A stretch of 63,624 bases of DNA, counting the filler, from Folioceros fuciformis (lineage: Eukaryota), in the NCBI GenBank assembly GCA_049999805.1. It is 7 parts of 7 records of this genome, joined end to end, with 100 filler letters (N's around TTAATTAATTAA, not from the genome) between each part and the next. Parts side by side here need not be neighbours in the genome. Positions count along the whole stretch, not along the records: positions 1 to 21,691 come from JBNGIO010006235.1; 6 more parts are not named here. One strand, 5' to 3'. The notes beneath the pieces are model-generated. The model saw nothing but the letters and a program-made list of their open reading frames with translations. It was not told the DNA's origin and made no database searches. Shown one piece after another: positions 1-15,761 of the stretch. The position numbers and the translations under genes were made by a program. Each line of letters begins with the position of its first letter. Position 1 is the first letter of the stretch.

Positions 1-957
1 TGCACAATCAAGTGAGGTTGGAAGGGCTTATGAGCTTGGGAGAAGGACGTTGTAGTGGTGGTGAGGGTGTGCAGTCAGCGTGTGATGAAGTCAACAACCG
101 TATAGTCATGTCACAACCTCCTTGGGTAAGTGGGTGGGTAAGTGCCCATGTGTCGTGGAGGATAAAGCAATTATGGTGCTCTATGAAGGAGAAGTGGCGG
201 TTCTTGTACAAGGGGTACACGTTGGATCTGCAGGCGAGCAAAGAGCTAGACATGATGAACTCGTGGCATGTGCACTTGTCACACATAGCCTTCATGCCAA
301 CCATGATGCAGGAACCCATAATGTTCATCCACATGTGGAGAATCCACGCGATACCCTCTTGTCGCCCTCCTTGTCCAATAGGCAGGTGGCATTCGCCCTC
401 CTTGTCCAATAGGCAGGTGGCATAACTGCCCCCATAGCAACTCTGCCTCTTGGAAAGCCACCGTAGGTATGTGACTCGTTCTTACCTTGTGCAAATGCCT
501 TATTGTTAATTGTATATGAAGGAGAGGTAAATGCCTCCAACTCACATAAGCTGGAAACCAGAGCTACTTGTGCCCGCAATAGACGTACGGGCGGAGACAG
601 AGAATGAGCTCGAAGTGAGCTAGAGGCTAGGCACCTCCTGAGCTAGAGGCTAGGCACCTCCTGGGCAAAAACTGATACAAGTAGGGGCCGAGCCGGAGAA
701 TGAGCTCGAAGTGCGCTATAGGCTATGCACCATCCAGGCAAAAACCCTAACCCGTAGAGTGCCTAGTAGATGTAAGGTGAGGTGCAAGCTTGAGCCCCAT
801 AAGGGTATCCCCTACCCAAGCCCACGGGATTTCCCTGGGATTCTCTGCCCACGCCTATTAGTTTTGCATGTGCTTTGAGTGACAAGCATGGGCACTTGCG
901 CAAAAAACATGCCACCACTGCAAGCAAACAAATGTGCAAACACCATATGCATACATA

Positions 958-1217
958 TCTCCATTTGGCAATGAGCCCAAAATCTCCATTTGGCAATGAG
1001 CCTAAAACTCTCCATTTGGCAATGAGCCCAAAATTCTCCATTTGGCAATGAGCCTAAAATTCTCCATTTGGCACTGTGCCCAAAATTCTCCATTTGGAAA
1101 TGAGCCTAGAATTCTCCATTTGGAAATGAGCCTAGAATTCTCCATTTGGTAATGAGCCTAAAACTCGCCATTTGGCAATGAGCTTAAAATTCTCCATTTG
1201 GCAATGAGCCTAAAATT
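958..1217. repeat. Tandem minisatellite, about 10 copies of a 26-bp unit (CTCCATTTGGCAATGAGCCTAAAATT)
   Basis: Units start at 959, 984, 1010, 1036, 1062, 1088, 1114, 1140, 1166 and 1192, with few substitutions and no unique spacers. Confidence 0.95.
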
Positions 1218-1731
1218 TGTGGCCGTGCCAAAGGGGACATTGTACCCCGTGTATTTTTTAAAAACACACGGTGCACAATGACAGTAGGCCTTCGCTTTGG
1301 CATGCCATATTTATCTAGTAAATGCGTTATATATTCTCTGTGACGAATATACAATCCACACTTCGGGTGGATGGCCAACACAATGGCCGAACCCGCCGAG
1401 CAGCATCACTCTCCTTACATGCATGATATCTTCCGGCGCCCAGCTGTATATTAATACTGTTACATGAGGAGCCCCAGTGTACCATACAAGCGCTATACAT
1501 GCTACACAAGTGCGTTACAGCCACAAAGATGCTCAAAAAAGTTCTCTGCAGCAGAGCAACACCTTCCATGCGTCTTGCATCAGGTGGAAGAATCAGATAC
1601 AACAGAAACTCACTAGGCGATCCATTCAGATACAACAGAAACTCACCAGGTGATCCATTCAGATTTACAAGGCATCCACATACAGTACATAAATCTAGCG
1701 TTACATAATAAAAAAATCACAGTACCTAAGA

Positions 1732-4700
1732 TCAATTTTGCGACGTGGCTGAATACTCGAACAGAATACGATTATCCACTGATGGTATCGAACAGAACAA
1801 CAGCCGAAGCTTGCTGTTGAGCTGGTACAATAGGGTCCATTGTGTGGCCATCTCGGACTCCTTCAGTTGCCGGACCACAGAAGCCTGTTTCACCACATAT
1901 ACCAGTTTGAGCATATGCTTGAAGCTTAAACCAACATGGGCAGCTAGTATAACCTCTGGAAAAGGATACTCAGCTAATAATTACCTGCAAATGTTTCCCA
2001 AGCTGCACCTCCACTTCGGTACCGAAAGACAGGTTAGCAAGGGATTTGAAAGGGTCTGTAGTGGGATCTAAAGAAAGCAGATTTGGAATCTGAGGAGCCG
2101 ACACCAGCCGCCACCTGGCCTGCCCAAACTCTCCTTTCCCCTCTATCTTTGGCATGAGAGTCTCCACAGTCGCAGCAGCTAGCTTCTTGAAAGCAAGCTG
2201 GCCATCTCCCTCAAGAAGGGACTCTGCCAATTGACTCTCAAAAACTCTTGCAGCCTGTAGAACAAGCTACAACAACTATCAGTCACAGTTTTTGTATACA
2301 ACTTTTGACGTAATAAAAAAGAACTGGTAACCAAGTGCATGCCTCTATTCGAGTAAATGCGTCTTGCTCCCCTGAACGTGTGGACGTTATGACCAAATTA
2401 TCCTGCCAATTGCGGGCTCTGCCCTGTACCTTCAACTGCCAATCAGCTCCCACCAAAGCCAGATCCAGGCTGGGGTCTAAGCCTTGTTCTGGCTCAAATT
2501 TGGCACGGTTAGGATGATCCCGGTTGAGCCTAACCTGCTTGTGAAAAACGAGGGAAAATTGTCACACTTTCACCAGAACCACTAGACCCTCCATTTTCCA
2601 CCATCAGCACCCGAAGCTACCGCTTACCTGTGTAGCTACAAGGTTGACATCACCATTCTCAAATGTCAAAGTGCCTCTGGGCTTGATCCTTTGTGCATCC
2701 GCAAAACCGTTCAACTCGAGTTCGCCACTCACGGCGAAGTTTAGAATCAAAGGGTAAACCATGCGCAACTCAGGTCCAAGTTGCAGCTTGAGAGCCCTTA
2801 AACGCACAGCAATAGGCAGCTGGGCTCGATGATCATTCTCACTCACATCTTCATCATGACCTACACCAGGCGCTGCAAAACACTCATCCTGGTGTCAGGT
2901 TTGGTTCTGGGAAAAAGCCCCAGCAAAACAAAAGCTCACCCAAATGAGTGTGTTCAACCAAGGAAATGCCAGTCTAAACCCTACCAATTGGATTGCTTGC
3001 TACAGCCAAAACTGGACTGGTAGCACCCTTCTCTTGTGATAGGTACGCTTCTCCATGGCTAAGTTTGATTACTCCGTTTACTTCCGGCTCAACTAGTGAG
3101 CCCATGAGTCTGATCTGACTATCCACCTGTCCACTGTTACCACCAAGTGCGTCAGTACAACAAAGGTTCAAGGAACAGGGGATCATACTAATAGCAGACA
3201 ATTACCTGAAAGCATTTCTGGCACGCACTTCCAATGACTCAGCTTTCACTTCTATGGCGTCGTCAAAGCCAGGAGATTCAGCATTTTTGAACGGGAGTTT
3301 CCCTTTCACCTGCAAATGACCCCTTCTTCCAACCCTGCCCTCCAGCCCCTCAACGCAAAGTTGGTTACCCTTCACACTGATGGTGCCTCCCAAATTTGTT
3401 AGAGGTCTTGGGAGAACAGGAGAAGATATAGCAACCTTCTGAAAGGCTGCAACTCCATCAGCCACAGGCTGATTCACGGTACCCCTGACCTGGCCAATCA
3501 CACCTGCCTGGTGTCACTGCCGGACTTTTGACACCACACACACATCGTGCAGTTTCCTTTTGTTATAAATACTCCAATCTTACCTGCAGAATTGGACATA
3601 CAAGCACTTCAGGGGCGTACCTTCAATGTAATGTCGGCATTTCCCTGCAGCCAGTGAAGTCCTGGAGATATGGCTGTGAGCAGCATCATTCCACCATCTT
3701 TTACAGCTGCATCAACTTGGACAGCTCCAGTTTCCAAGAAGTTGTCATCTAACGCTTTCAAACTTTCAGCAAGACGAACTTCCCAACCTTCGTCTCCTCC
3801 TTTCTCCCTTGCCTCCCTTTTATCAGGTCCGTCCTCTTCTTCTCTATCCCGAATTCTCTCCCTTCCTCTACCCCTTGCCCTTCGGTGCTTCTCTGTTTGG
3901 ATCTCGTGATCCTTTTCCTCTTCATGCTCGTCGCCTCCACCGAGACCCATTGGTAGGCTGCCTCTGACACGAACATGCCCAGCGTGGGTGGCTGGTTCAA
4001 GAACTGCATTGAAAGCCAATCGACTGGCAGAAGTTATCGAAGCTGCAACCTCTGCACGTCCCAGGCTTACGCCGCCCACTGCTCCATCTAACAGCCTGAT
4101 TTGGACATCACACTGAGGCTTTGTCAAGTGACCCCTAAGATCCCCCTCCATGTACAGGATCCCCTTGAGGGGCGTATAAAGAGAACGAGGTGCTGTAGTG
4201 GGTAATGGTTCGGGAGCAGCTTGGAAGGCATGCAACAAAGGAGGAACAAGACCAATTGGGAAGTTCAAAACAGCGAAATGGAGATTTGGTTTTGGTCCAA
4301 GCAGCGTTCCATCTGCATGGAGAGTCGCAGCATCTTTTTGTATGAAGAAATTTTCAAGCCGCAAGCCATCATTGTTGCTGTAATCCCCAATCGCTATAAC
4401 TTTCTGGGTCTTGTAAGTGCCCCATTCCCAATCCTCTCCACGTAAATCAAAATCTGCCTGGAACATTGAAGGCTCAAGATCAGGGGTTAGATTGTATTTA
4501 TTGTGACTCTGAGAACTCCTCAAGTTTGCGGTTCTCACCAAAAGATCTCATCAAGTAGCATAAACAGGACCTCAATATCAATAGATAACATCCACAAAAG
4601 CCCAGAAACATACAGTGGTGTCGCCATTGCCGCCACCAGTAGCTTCTAAGGAGCCATGCCATTGCCCTTTCAACTCAGCTAGACCAGGCAATGGCATTGA

Positions 4701-7700
4701 CTCAGGTGCCAAATCCTCCGGTGCCGCAGAGACCTTGTTTCTTCGAATGTACTGCAGCATATGGTTGATTAGCTCAGCTTCCATTGAGACCGAGCTGCGG
4801 ACCAAGAGGTGGATCGCTAGATCAGCAACCAGACACCCTAAACCCACATACACACACACCTCAAGTTGCTGTTTCAAATCATCCGCAGAGAATCCTGCCT
4901 TTTGCACGCCTTGTAAAAAGAGCTCCTGTCTCAGGCAGCATGCATCCATAAGTAAACACCTGGGATAAAGGAGAACACGAGAGTAAACATGAAAAGCACT
5001 GGCAGGGAGCACAGCAGATGACGGCATACCTTAGACCTTGACACAACAGCTGGGTCACTGCTTCTGGAGAGTAAGCGCGCCACTGGCAGCATTTCAGAAA
5101 CTTCAGCTCTGGGAACATCAAGTCTGAGTCGCCACCGGCCCATTGCACTCATAAAACTTCCAAGCTGCCCACCCATCGCTTTCTCCCAAGTTCTGTCGTC
5201 CTCTCGTCCCTTATCAGCTGCCGTCCGAGGCCTAGGCAAAACATACTCACCTTGCAACTCATAACGGCTGTTAGCCTGTTCTAACACAGACTTCTCCAGT
5301 GTTACCTGAAAACGCCACAAAGCTTTGTTGACTTCTTCATTGTCATTCCACAGAGACTGTATGCTAACCACAGGAACAAATGCACTCTACCCACCACGTC
5401 TCCAGACCACCTAGCTGCAACATCCAAAGACTCCCCTTGCAACCCACTGCACCGAGGTCGTCTCACAGAGAGGCTCCCCTGTCCTCTTCTTTTCTGCAGA
5501 TTCAACGCCATATGTGCCTGATGCACATTACACAAGCAAGAGTGACAGCAAATGCCCATTAGACCTGGAGGAAGATCAGACTGAATTTTTTAAAATGGCG
5601 GCAGCTTTGCATAAGATTCCACAATGCTCGCCAATGCCATGGCCAGTGAACACAAAAGCACGAAAGTGTGGCATTGGAAATCTCATCCCCTTCCACTGAA
5701 CCATACCTTCGGCACAGCTCCACGCAATGACGCGATTTCCAGCTCATCTAGTGGCAAGTTTCTTATCTACAACCAAGACCATATTGATTACATACCCGCC
5801 ATCACATCTGGCTCTTCAGTCAATTCTCTATAATCCATACCTCCAACTTTGCTGACTGCTGTGGCCGATAAGTCAAACCCATATGCAACTGCCCCCGCTG
5901 AAGGGATAAAGACACCCCTTCCTTTGGGCTGTCTGGAGATTGCAGCCCAGTTCCATCTGTAGTTTGCAATCCTTCAGCAACTTGAATATTCAGATGCTCA
6001 TCAACCCTCCCAGCAGAAAGAAGCTGTTGTGTTGACATGGAAGTCAGGACTTACGACGGGATGTCAAAAATTGATTGCGCAATATATCAACTTCAATCGT
6101 CACTTACCTCAAAACTGCGAGGAGATATGTCTAAAGAGCCCACTAGATGAGGAGCGATAAGTAATTGATTGAGCTTCACTCCTGACATTGTAACATCTCC
6201 AACAAGCCTGGTGAACACATTTGCACTCTGCGGCTGATTTCCCATTTCCCCAGAGCCACTGGGCATAGTGCCTCCAGTTTGTGGCACGCGCCCTTGAAAT
6301 TTCACTTTGCCAGTGACCTTCATATGCACTCCTCCAGGAGATGCAGATGAGGGGAGGATGCTAGATGGAGCCAATCCCATGATATCAAAACCTCTAAATC
6401 TTGCGTCCAAATCTATGCCCTCAATGGTTGGTAAGACAGCAGGCCTAAATTCACGAGACTTGCGGGAACAGATTGGGGGATATAGGGTATGGATTTTCGA
6501 GAACAAATCAAAGGCAAAAGCAGATGAATTGATTGTGACGGCTTCGCGTGTCACACTTATTTCACCATGAGCGCCTTCCAGCGATCCCTGCGCCTTTGGT
6601 GTCTCCCATTTGACGTCAAAAGTCCTATTCACAAGTACAAGCTGAAGAGATGAATTCAACGAAAAAAATTCAAGAGATAAAGCTACAAGGCATAACAGTT
6701 CTCCCCAAAAAGATTTTCTTGCTGCGCAGAGAGACCAGGGCAAAGAGCTAGGGCGTACGGCATCAGAATGGAACCACGAATTTTGGCTTCTCCTTGCAAC
6801 GGACCAAAGCTTAAGGGGGTCATTTCCACACCCGCTGGTACATAATGCCGCAGCATTGCATCAGCACCAAAATGGCCTGAGCAGTCAATGCGGACAGCAT
6901 CAGCTTGCACCTCACCCTGTACCATGTGCAGTGAACACTGTCAGCTACTCTTACCATCACACATGCAATGCATTAGCCATCAACATGACACATAGGATAC
7001 TTCACTCATAAACAGGCTAGACTTCTATAGAACTTGACGTCCAGGTAGTCCCAATTGCACAAACCTCAGGACATATCCACATTGTTCCTGCTCCTCGGAT
7101 TTCCCCACCACCTACAGGGGTTACCCTGATTCCATACAAGTCAGCCACCTGCAAGCAACAAATGACCGCTTACATATGTACTGCAAACACATATACACCC
7201 ACAAACCCTCTAATTTGCAGCAACTACATGATACCACCAAACATTATCCGCTTATATTATAAGCTCCCATGGAAACATTGTTTCCAACAGTAATCAGGTT
7301 GTTCATACTCACGCAATCATCAGAGTTGAAGGTGAAACTTGCAAAAGCAGAAGAGATGGCTATTCGATCATATGCAGCTACTGCACCCTTTTCTCTGTCT
7401 AGCTTGACTGCTTCAGTAGCAACAGTCGGAGAAGTGTTGGCCGTTGAAGCAGTCTGATTCCCCACAGTTTCTGCCGTGCCCTCGAAAATCGGGGCATCCA
7501 ATGGGCCTCGACAGTATACCACTGCTTTCACTGCACCTGCCAGCTGCACCAAACCTTGTTACTGCCCTTTGAGAGCAGACACTGGAATTACCACATACCA
7601 GTGTTTCTAAGAATAAAATGTACAGCACGACCAGTCCTCTCTCAAGGTGCCAAGATGGCCCCTTCCAGAAAATCAAATGACGTACTGGATATGGAGGCGG

Positions 7701-10700
7701 TTGGGCATTCAGAGTTCTCATGAGAGAATTCACTTCAACCCCTGAGACCTGCCAAAAACCAGAAGCTCGAATGATTCACACACTGAGCGAGACAAGTATA
7801 CGAATACAAGGTAGATCTCCAGTCTAAGTCAAACAACAAAGCACAAACCAAAGGTCTGAAAACGTGGTAACACCTGACAGCTAAGTCGATACTCCCCATC
7901 TTCAGGGTTCAAGTCAAAGTCCCCAGAAACGCTTAGAGGCACAGAGCCGTAGAATCCTGAGGCGCTGTGAAAAAAGAGTCGCTGCCCCTGGAAGCATATG
8001 GTTCCCTCAACTCCCTGCAACCGAATTGAACAAAGGTTTTCACTACAAGTGATCCAACAAGACGGTTGTGAGCCGTGGGAGTAGAAGTGGTCAAAAACAC
8101 ACCTCAAATTCAGAAGGAGCCTCCCATATTCGGAAATCAAGACCAGTGACATCCACCCGTCCTCCAAAATTGGGGAAATTATCATGCTTTCCCATCCATA
8201 TATGCACCTAGACAAATCCGTGGAGTTCAGCAACAGCAGGTGGCAACCGTAATGCGTCATAGATATTCACACTACACTTGCTTGAAATATCAGGGATAAC
8301 ACAGACAAGTTGCATCTCACCTCCCCAGTGGCTCTTCCTTGTGCCCAGTCGATGGGAATCTCCAGAAGTCTTTCAAGCAGCTATCAACAGGATCACAGAA
8401 CACAAATTCCACGATTCTAAGAACTCAGGCACAAAATTAAGGTGTTGATGTTTGGAAAGGCCTCTTGCATGGAATGAACCCAACAAACCACACCACCAGC
8501 ACCTCAGACCCACCCACAACCAAGGGCATATGTTATCAGAGGTACTGACAGGTGCGAAGAGATGATGGCCTCTGACTTTGACATCCCAAGATTGATCCAT
8601 CAAATCAACTTCGACTTTCACCATGAGCTTTCCTCCATCACCACCTGCAGATTCTGTCTTCCATGTCCTTGGTCTGCCCGTTATATAAGCAATCACACGC
8701 TCATAGCCACTCCCAAGCTTCATATATCCATTGACTCCCTCTAATACTCTGCAACTAACCAAGTACCTCAGTGACATGAAATTCGAACACAGGTCATTCA
8801 GCTGCAACTAATGGATAAGCTGTGTCAAAGATGATGCAGGTGAAAGTGTGGACAACAGGTTCTGGGTTACAACCTTGCCTCCCCATCGCCATAAGCCAGC
8901 AGCATCAAATTTCCATCCTTGAAATGAATAGTCTCAAGTGCAACAGGTGACCATCCCTCCTCAATTTTCCTCTCCGACTGTGCCAGAATCCTTTTCGCCA
9001 TGAACCCCAGACCATGCACTTGTTGTTCAATAGGAACAAAAAGGCTATCACCATTCTCTTCATCCGGATACTTCGAAGCATGCTCTCCAACTTCTTCATC
9101 GCAACGTCTTTCCTGTCCCAGAGACCGCATAAGATTGGGGTTCCCTGCCACAGAGCCTGCTTCATGCCTGGTACTCCCAACAAGTGGATGCTCGTCGTCA
9201 CCATGCGGGACAAACTTCTGATGCTGACCTTGATCTTGTCGATGAAAGAAGGATTTGGCTGCTGCTGCACTGTGACTAAGATTCTTTTTCTGCAAGTCTG
9301 CTTTAGACGGCGGTTTAAAACTCTCCTGGGACCACCTCTTCAAGAGCACTCTCCGCACAGGTCTCAGGACCTGCTCACTTATCCACCGGCTTCCTGCTCG
9401 TAAAGGTGACCGTGATGTCACCTCAACATGCGAACTGGTACTACCAGCCTCCTTCTGTGCTCCATTTTCATCCCCCAACTTCTCCCGAAAATCCGTGGAA
9501 TCAGAAGCACTCGTCAAGTTCTCCGCTTTTGTGATCGGGTACCGATCTTCCAAGAAACCTCTATTTTTCACATTCTGAACTTCAACCTGGTCACGGGAAG
9601 ACCCTACGAGTCTTACTTTATCATCATCCGAACACCCTACACTACAAGGATCAGGTCTACGGGCTACGATGGAAAGCCCTCGTTGATCAAAGGGTGATGC
9701 TGCAGCCGCATCAACATTCACATCAAATGCCGGTCCAGCTGTGTGCAGATCCTGTGACCGCTCATTCACCCTATCAAGCTCCAATGCATTAGCTCGACCC
9801 CTCTTCTTTTCGTCGAGTAGATGATGAACTTTGACGAAAGTTTTGTCGAGTAGACCAACCGGTCTTTCAGCTTTACCTGCAGCGTTCTCACCCAGTTGAT
9901 CCACTGGTCTAGCACACTCACGCACAAAATACCCTTGCTCCGCAGCTCTCCTAGCAGCCATGTTTCTATCAATAGCCAGCCTTTGAGCAGTTTGCTCTCT
10001 AGCTAGTCTCCTACACTGAGTTCTGGCATCAATTCCTGGGTCGGAACTATGCCTAGAGATTTTTTTCTCTACCACGCTGGGGATTCCAAGCCACGACCAG
10101 TCCTCCTTCTGAGCAACCAACAGGCTAGGTTCAGTGAGAACTGCATCGACCACAAGCTGCCCCCTCTGAAGACTTGCAAAGGGCCTGATCTTGATCTCCA
10201 CATCGGGAAGCTCTCCACATGAGAACTCTTCCCCATGTGTGCTCACAGAAGACGGCCCCATCTTGAAGCCCAAGGGGGTAAGACCAGCCACCCTCCCAAG
10301 CACGACTTCCCTCTGTAGATGAGCCCCGACCATAACAGCCAGCGACGGTATCACATTCGTGTCCAGATAATCCTGAGCTTTGGCTTGCCCGTACAGCAAT
10401 CCCCCGCCCACCAACAGAATCGCAGCAACCCATATCGAGCTCGTGAACAGCTTGCTCACGAGACGATAGAACCTGCGCGACCCCAGCAGCTTCCCAGAAA
10501 CCTTGGGATCCCGCGAATTCCGCAGCCATTTGCCCGAATGCTTGAAGAGCGACACAATAGCCCTCCGCTTCCGCCGAGNNNNNNNNNNNNNNNNNNNNNN
10601 NNNNNNNNNNNNNNNNNNNNNNNNNNNNNNNNNNNNNNNNNNNNNNNNNNNNNNNNNNNNNNNNNNNNNNNNNNNNNNGTTCTGATCCTTGGGAGAATGC

Positions 10701-10864
10701 GACGACTGCAACTTAGCTCGGATGGGAAGCCTGCAAGCGGAGTTGAACCCCAAGCTGCTTCCCGGAAGCTGCTTCTCCACCAGCACCGGGTGGCCATGCC
10801 ATGCAGTGGAGACGGAGCAAGAATCCACCTTCCAGGAGCCGATAGAAGAAGTGATCACTTGCAT
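1732..10864 (-). CDS. TIC236: Chloroplast inner-membrane translocon protein TIC236 (EMB2410, TamB homolog), multi-exon
   Basis: Likely ATG at 10864, transit-peptide-like N-terminus and TM segment (IWVAAILLVGGGLLYG). Conserved blocks: EFSCGELPDVEIKIRPFASL, FDLRGEDWEWGTY, LQLGPELRMVYPLILNFAVSGELELNG, KLAAATVETLMPKIEGKGEFGQARWRLV. C-terminus RILFEYSATSQN. Many GT-AG introns; 100-N gap at 10579-10678 in exon 1. Confidence 0.93.
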
Positions 10865-13054
10865 CCTGCTGCTGGGGCGGGGACTGCTACTGGCCCATGC
10901 TGCCTGGACCTGATGGAGCTCAAGAAGCGAGGCCAATTGCAACCCTAAGGCTAGCCCCGACCACCGGCCGGTTGTCGATGGGGCCAACAAGCACACCCTT
11001 CAGCACAGCTCCTTGCTGGGCAAACCTAGAGGTGCTGGTTCCTCCATCGTGGGAGGTGAGAGGCATTTTCTTTCCCCTTCAAAATTATGTACCTTCAAAG
11101 CTGCTGGCTATGGCACAACAACATTTGCGTGCTTCCAAGAAGCGAAGAAGAGTTCCTGAGCCTGGCCGTGGCGAGCACCATACTAACTCGCTGCAGGATC
11201 CTTCAAACGCGCTTCAGGGAAGGCCAGGACAGCAGGGAACAGCTGGGGGTGCCACACTTCAAGGCATCCGACTTCCAACGCGACACAAACTCCTCCTCCT
11301 CCCACACAGTGCGTGTCCCCCCGCCCCCCACTCTCAGCCTTGCCACAAGCACATGAACAAGCCCTGCGTGCGCCTCAGATTTTTCAAATTAGCAAATTCG
11401 AACCATTTTGTCCGGGTTTTGTGCCAGTATTGTATGTGGCTTTCCCTTGCCTTGCCGCCAATCCCGCTGGCCAGCGGGAATGGTTCTTCCAGAATTTGTA
11501 TGGATTTTAAAAGCCTACATACATCCAAGACGTCTAAACGAGTTTAGAAAAGTTAACTTGACAAGTGGTAGGGCCATCAGCAAGTTGTAAGTGACTCGAC
11601 TCGTGAGGGGCACATCAAACATCCAGTTCAGCTCGTCACCTTCCCCGTGGCACACAAAAGTAGACAGTCTCTGGAAGCTACACTCACAACGCCGTTATCC
11701 ATCACACCCACAGCGTGCCTTGCTTGTCGATCATATCGACTTTGTTACCTCCGCCCGATCTTCAAAGACGCTCGAGGGAGCTTTAACTTGCGCTTGCGCA
11801 TCTACAACAAGGAAGGTGGTGTGAGAGAAATCACGTCAAACTCTCTTGTAACGTGTGGACCATCCGTTGGACACTCCGATGCATACAAAACCTGGGAAGA
11901 AGTCTTCGCAGAACGCGAACCTGTCATTTATCTCATCAGAATTCCATTCCACCACGTTCCGCATTCCTGGTGCAACGCCAACTCTCTCAACCTCGCCCAC
12001 GGATCACATGCATCGTTCTCTGCATGCGATATACAAAGGTCAAAATCATTTTCAAGCATACACAATCCACATTGCTCATAGCTATGGTGCCACCCGGTCT
12101 TTCTCTCTCACGAGTGCCTCAAATTTTGCACCACAAGATGATATGGCAAAGAAATCTATCTACAACTATTCAAGAAGTCGACCTCCTCTTCCACTCTGTC
12201 ACGCGCCTCCATTGTGTTGGCCATATCAAGAGATATGCAAGAGGGGAAGACTAGCCCAAGTCTTGGCGTTAGATAGGTCTTGGCAAAGGCCTTGACAAAC
12301 TTACAGAAACCCTTGTCATGATCCATAAATCTTCATTGCTTATCTGGGAAGGTTAAGCAACTTTCAACACTTTGTGTATGTGTCACATGTTCCAAAAGCT
12401 ATCACATATGTGTGAGCACCACCCAAACAAGATTCACCTCTTTGGGCAACAACATCAAGCCATCATAACTGGGCATAACTTCACAACTAAAACACCAAAC
12501 CAACCATGTTCACACTGTAAGTAACCAGGTAATGACCCGTTCCTCCTCCTATCTCTACAAGCTAGTCCATAGCAATGTTAGCTCCTACGCTGCTCCATCA
12601 AAGCTATGCCCTAATTTCTTCTCTGGCCATTACTTTCCTCCTCTCATCCACCCTTGGCCATGCACTCCTTCTTACACTTGCAATTGGCCTAGTTGTTAGT
12701 ATGTTGGACCCACTTTGATCGTGCATGACCGAGTCATAGTCCTGACTAGGGGTACTTCCTTCTTCAGTGATGACCTTTCCTTGTCAGTTCAATGATGACC
12801 TTACCTTGTAAGTCCAACAAATGGCTTGACGTGTAGCAGCGTAGGAGCTTACGCCATATTGCTAGGAACAATCAAGAGAGCTGATACATACATAGAATCA
12901 TGGAGAACAGAAGAAACCCAACCTAACTTAGTTATGAGGATTGGACCAAGTTCATACACTAAATGCATACTAGCTTGAAAAGACCCAACCTAAGGAATCG
13001 AAATCTCAAATTGAACAATATATTGTACTACACGCAAAACAAAACTGGCATGGT

Positions 13055-13410
13055 GCTTCTTAGAGACTTGAAATCTTGAATTGAAAGAAGTGGCGTGGTG
13101 TACTAACATTTTGCTTCTCAGATACTTGAAATCTTGAATTGAAAGATGCTACGTACAAACTTGTTGCTTCTCAAAGATTTGACATATTCAATTGAAAGGG
13201 CTTTGGTGTGCTGCATGAGAAACAAAACTGACATGCTAGTTCCATGACAAAGCTGACACTCCGTGTTCCTATGTCAGAAAAGGGTTCGACAAACCTGACA
13301 CTCCAAAAAGGGTTCAGGGTTCCATAAAGTGCTAACGTACTAAAAGGAAAACTGACACGTTCGAAAAGGGTTGGATAAAGTGCTAATGTACTGGAAAAGG
13401 GATCGACCAA
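13055..13410. repeat. Degenerate short direct repeats in an intergenic region
   Basis: ACTTGAAATCTTGAATTGAAAGA occurs twice about 62 bp apart. AAA(A/G)CTGACAC...AAAAGGGTT and ATAAAGTGCTAA motifs recur between 13225 and 13400. Confidence 0.5.
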
Positions 13411-13936
13411 GTGTTGATGCAGTGAATGGAAAGATGACAGGCTATGGAATGGAAAAATGATATGTCTGGTTCCATATACAAAGAGTTGGATAAAGTACTA
13501 GAGTGCGCAGAATTGGGTAAAGAATGGAGTCTGGCTTTAGTTATGCACATCATCTAGTTAGGTTGGTGTACAATGCTCCGTGGAGAAGGAGTGGAAACCA
13601 AGCGCAAAGGCAGGTAACAATGGGGGCAATAATGTACATTGTGTAGGTATGTACTGTGAGTATCGAGTTACGTTGATTGGGAGGTTTTTCCGGTCCAATT
13701 TCCCTGAGGAAGGGGGCAAAAAGGAAGAAACCGTGAAGCTGCCCTAAGATCTTGTCCAGACCGGGGTTTGCGGTAGTAGGCATTGTGGACTTCTTCTGGC
13801 GGGGTGAGCCTTTGTGGCAGTCACTCAAGATTCAGATCCTTTTGCAGGCCGCAGGGTTTCTGCTGCCTGTGCTCAGCTGTGCTGCGCCTTTGCGAAGCGG
13901 AAGCTGCAGGCGCCTGGCCGCATACGGTGTGGGTGA

Positions 13937-15237
<1,301 letters not shown>

Positions 15238-15761
15238 GTCTTGTGCGAAAGATAGAGGCCCTTCTCCAAGACTCCTTAATAAATATCTCCCGTCGATTTG
15301 AGTCGTTAGAGTCACCTGACTGTACATCTTATTTACGGAGTTTATCCTCACCTTTTAGTGTCGACACTGCTTTGTGTCTTGTTGATCGGAACATGGATTT
15401 TATGAGGTATCCTGGATGGGTAGGGCATTTGGCTTTTTTCTGTGTGTCGCCTATCATCCGCGGTGTACCGAGTCCATGCTACCTACATAGTAGGAGTCCA
15501 GGAAGTACCATCACATTTCGAAATAATTTCGGAAGTGTACGGACGTTCGCCCCGCTCTAGGGCAAATGCCACGACCGTCACATCTCCTGGATCTGGCGGG
15601 AGCGTGTTCTGAGTTCTGGCTCCCTTCGAGTCGGTATTGTTCGCGTTAGCAATTGACTTTTGAGTGTCACTTAAACCAATATCGGATCCAAAAGCTGACT
15701 GAAGAGTTAGGGTTCTCCGCTTAACGCACCATCCCTCGTGTTGTGCTTTCTTTGCTTCACG

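Noticed and set aside
8-579. Several overlapping ORFs, one with a CTC motif vaguely like a SWIM finger
   Set aside because: No complete motif or recognisable family; interrupted by a 31-bp duplication.
958-1217. CRISPR-like array
   Set aside because: Repeats are contiguous with no unique spacers, there are no cas genes, and the context is eukaryotic.
10897-11547. 216-aa plus-strand ORF
   Set aside because: Non-ATG start, overlaps the TIC236 leader/promoter, and has no domain features.
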